Below are positions 60,785-64,000 of a DNA stretch of 64,000 nt, piece by piece. The notes under the pieces are model-generated. The model saw only the letters and a list, made by a program, of their open reading frames with translations, searched no databases and was not told where the DNA came from. Made by a program: the position numbers and the translations under genes. The stretch's first letter is position 1; each line of letters starts with the position of its first letter. Source of the stretch: Phyllobates terribilis (lineage: Eukaryota); the NCBI RefSeq assembly GCF_046119375.1, contig NW_027362768.1, forward strand, positions 89,900,001 through 89,964,000, written 5' to 3'.

Positions 60785-62079
60785 ATTTGCCTACCTGGAA
60801 CTTGGGCTTCAAGGATCCACCTCACCTAGTGAGCCTCCTTTTAAGTGTAGTCCGTCTCTTGCGGCTGAGATAATGCAACAGTTTACTGATAGTAGGGGCA
60901 AGTCTTTGTCTCTCTGCTCTTGCCCTGTTGTCTGGCGTACATGAATTTCAGAGAGGCAGGCTTTCAGTTTAGAGCAAGCAAGCCATTGAAAAATGGCAGG
61001 CACAATGCATGCTGGGAGGTTAAGTAAAAATACTTTCCAGCACCCTTAGTGCCGATGAAGCAGAACCACCCACTCAAAAACTGTAGATAGGAAGTTACAG
61101 ACCATGAGAATCAAGACCGTTCCAGAACATATTAGACTGATCAAATAGCATTTTAACATGTGTTTTTATTACTATCAGAAGTAATTATATACATTTATTT
61201 TTTTAGTCTTGTTCTGCACAGGAGCATATTAGCAATCAAATACAGAATGCACAATCAGAATTCAGGAGCAAACAGCAAAATCAGACGCTTTGCTTACAAC
61301 ATGATCCTGAGGTGGGGAAGAGTATTATGACCGAGGAGCCAATAAGGAAGACTAAAGCTTTGTTAAAGTAGGTAATTTATATTCTCTTCATTACTTGTGA
61401 CTTCTATTATAAATTACATCTGGGCCCCGATTCATCAAAGTGTTTTTGCCTCCAAAATGCAACTTTTCTTGCAATATAACTTAAGATAATAGCCAATTAT
61501 CCTAATTCATATTGCAAGACTTGTTAAAGGGTCGATTGTGACTTGTAGGATTTCTGATTCCAATAGGTGGCGCTATAGAGTTCAAGTCCTCTTCATCTCT
61601 GAAGAGGCAATTTGCATATTCAGTTTCCCAGAGGAGCATTGCATGGTGAATAAGCCTCCTTACCTTGGCATGCCAGAGCCGGTATGTCGCTCTCTACAAG
61701 AAGAAACGTTACCACTTAGACCTCAGTAAAGCACAGACATTTGCTGATCTCGCAATTACAATTTTTAGCATTCCTAAAGATATGCTGCCGTAGATTCACC
61801 TTAAAAAGTCATTGCCGTTTTAACAAACTTTGCATTAATCAATATTACAACTATATCTCCCAACCATCCAGGATATAGTGGGATAGTCCTGAATTTGGGG
61901 AGGTGTCCCGGTAAGTCTGGGGTATGCCCCGACTTCAGCTGCATCTGTGTCCTCAGGACACAGTTGAATATGACAATGGAGCAAGGAATTATCATATCCC
62001 TCCTTCACAGTTCAGTCTATGTAGAGACTGAGGGTCCTACCAGGACTTTTAGGTCGCGTAACATTATCAGGCCATGTAA

Positions 62080-62781
62080 GGCTATGTGCCCACGTTGCGG
62101 ACCTGAAGCATATTTTTTACGCTTCTCCCTGGCGGGAAAATCGCATGCGGATATTACATGCGGTTTTCCCGCCAGGTAGAAGCGTTTGTGAGGCGTCTTT
62201 GCATGCATTTCCGCATGCGGGTTATCAAGCACTTCTCCAAGCATCACTTGGAAAAGTGCTTGACAACTTGTTCAGAATGGTAAAAAATAAAAAAATAAAG
62301 TTTATACTCACCTTCTGATGCATTCTCTGCCCCGTCCGGAGGCTTGAGCGGCTCACGCTGTTGTGTGCAGGACCTGCGGTGACGTCATTGAGTCATGTGG
62401 TGGGTCACATGACTCAATGACGTGGCAGGTCCTTCAGACAACAGCGCGACGGAGGGAAAACATCAGAAGATAAGTATAAACTTTATTTTATTCTTTTTTT
62501 TACAGGTTCTTTGGTACCCAGGTCTGGATGAGAGTCTCCTCTCATCCAGACTTGGGTACCATCCGCACATTGATTCCGCTGCGCTTCCGCAAAATTAATG
62601 AACATGCTGCGGATTTTTGACCGCAGCATATACGCTGCGGAAAAATCCACAGCATGGGCATTGACATTGCGGAATGCCATTGGGGACCATGGGGTGCGGA
62701 TATACATGCGTTTTTCAAGCGTTTACGCTGCGGAAATTCCACAGCATATACTCTTGAAAAACGCTACGTGGGCACACAGCC
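62080..62781. mobile_element. Tourist/PIF-Harbinger-like MITE
   Basis: TIRs GGCTATGTGCCCACGT / ACGTGGGCACACAGCC; TAA/TTA flanks; central hairpin with 18-bp arms at 62382-62423. Confidence 0.8.
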
Positions 62782-63179
62782 TTAGGCTATGTGCCCTTTA
62801 TGGCTTTCTTTCCTGAAGCATCTTCTTTGGCATCATTTTTGTCATTTTTACAGTGACTTTGCTGCCGGCATCTTTTTTTTTTTAAATTGTATATATAAAC
62901 TAGGGAGCGACGTCCAAATGGAAGCCGTCTGAAGATTGGGCAGGTCACGTCTTTTAGCTGCTTTGCGGTTTTTGAAGCCTGAAGCTTTTGACAGAAGTTC
63001 AAGAAGGCTGAACATATGAACCGAAAGTTGTTTTGACAGAAAAAAAGCATATGTCCATTCTTTTTGACCTTTTTCTAATTGCTTTTTCAGGTGGACTTCA
63101 GGCTAAATCCATCAGCAAAAGACATTATATGTACAGACTCTAACTAAGCAGCACAGATTAGGAGCAGGCATAGAAAGGG

Positions 63180-64000
63180 GGTTGATGTAGCAAAGCTGTT
63201 TGTGTGTATGTGCATTGTGTGGGGGCATCATATTGTGTGTGGGGGAAGGGACTGTGGGGAGGCATCATACTGTGTTTGGGAAATGCACTGTAAGGGGCAT
63301 CATACTGTATGTAGGGATATGTAATGTAGGGGGCATCATACTGTATGTAGGGATATGTAATGTAGGGGGCATCATACTGTATGTGGGGGAATGTACTGGG
63401 CATTATACTGTGGAGGCATCATTCTGTGTGTGTGGGAATGTATTGTGAGGAGGCATCATACTGGGTGTGGGGGAAGGTACTGTGAGGAAGCATCAAACTG
63501 GGTGTGGGGGCAGGTACTGTGAGGAAGCATCAAACTGGGTGTGGGGGCAGGTACTGTGAGGAAGCATCAAACTGGGTGTGGGGGCAGGTACTGTGAGGAG
63601 GCAACATATTGGGTGTGGGGGAATGTACTGTGGGGAGCATCATACTATGTGTGGGAATGTACTTTGGGGGGCATCATACTATATGTAGGGGAATGTACTG
63701 TAGGGGGCATCATACTGTGTTTGTGAGAAGGTACGGTGGGGGGGCATTATACTGTGGGGGCATAAACCTGTATGTGTGGGAATGTACTGTGGGGGGCATC
63801 ATACTGTGTATGGTGGAATCTACTGAGGGCAGGAATCATACTGTGTGTGTGGAGAATGTACTGTGGGGGGAATCATATCATATGTGGGGAATATACTGTG
63901 AGGGGGTATTATACTGTGGGTGCATAATCCTGTGTGCGGGGGAATGTACTGTGGGGAGCATCATACTGTGTATGGTGGAATCTACTGTTTGTGGGAATCA
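63180..64000. repeat. Degenerate G-rich minisatellite (units of about 33-37 bp), running off the window
   Basis: Recurrent GGGGGCATCATACTGT(A/G)TG...GGAATGTACTGT. Confidence 0.85.

Noticed and set aside
44000-64000. Exons of the mammalian METTL13 neighbours DNM3 or VAMP4
   Set aside because: No recognisable peptide found by eye; very small exons could have been missed.

Overview
Vertebrate genomic DNA; the repeat content suggests a frog (inference). Two host genes lie head-to-head. ITPA is on the minus strand, with coding exon 1 at 4960-5022 and exon 2 at 687-744; the rest lies left of the window, and the ORF track does not resolve either exon. METTL13 (EEF1AKNMT) is complete on the plus strand: 8 coding exons over 7788-39415, splicing with GT-AG sites into 2085 nt (694 aa plus stop). 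Most of the remainder is nested transposons. These include a Neptune-type Penelope element with a hammerhead ribozyme; an L2 LINE interrupted by piggyBac-like, Tc1 and hAT insertions; a terminally complete DIRS retrotransposon with inverted termini and an internal complementary region, whose gag is split by a 3.3-kb TTAA element; DD38E (Intruder-type) and DD34E Tc1 elements; and a full-length chromodomain Ty3/Gypsy element with a Tf1/sushi-type self-priming signature in place of a tRNA primer site. There are also many MITEs, four minisatellites and a 196-N gap. I found no wholly new system. The best leads are the ribozyme, the self-priming element, matched transposon ends around METTL13 exon 4, a DIRS splice acceptor just after exon 6, and tiny uORFs in the METTL13 leader. 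All coordinates were read by hand; repeat boundaries are approximate unless a TSD is given.
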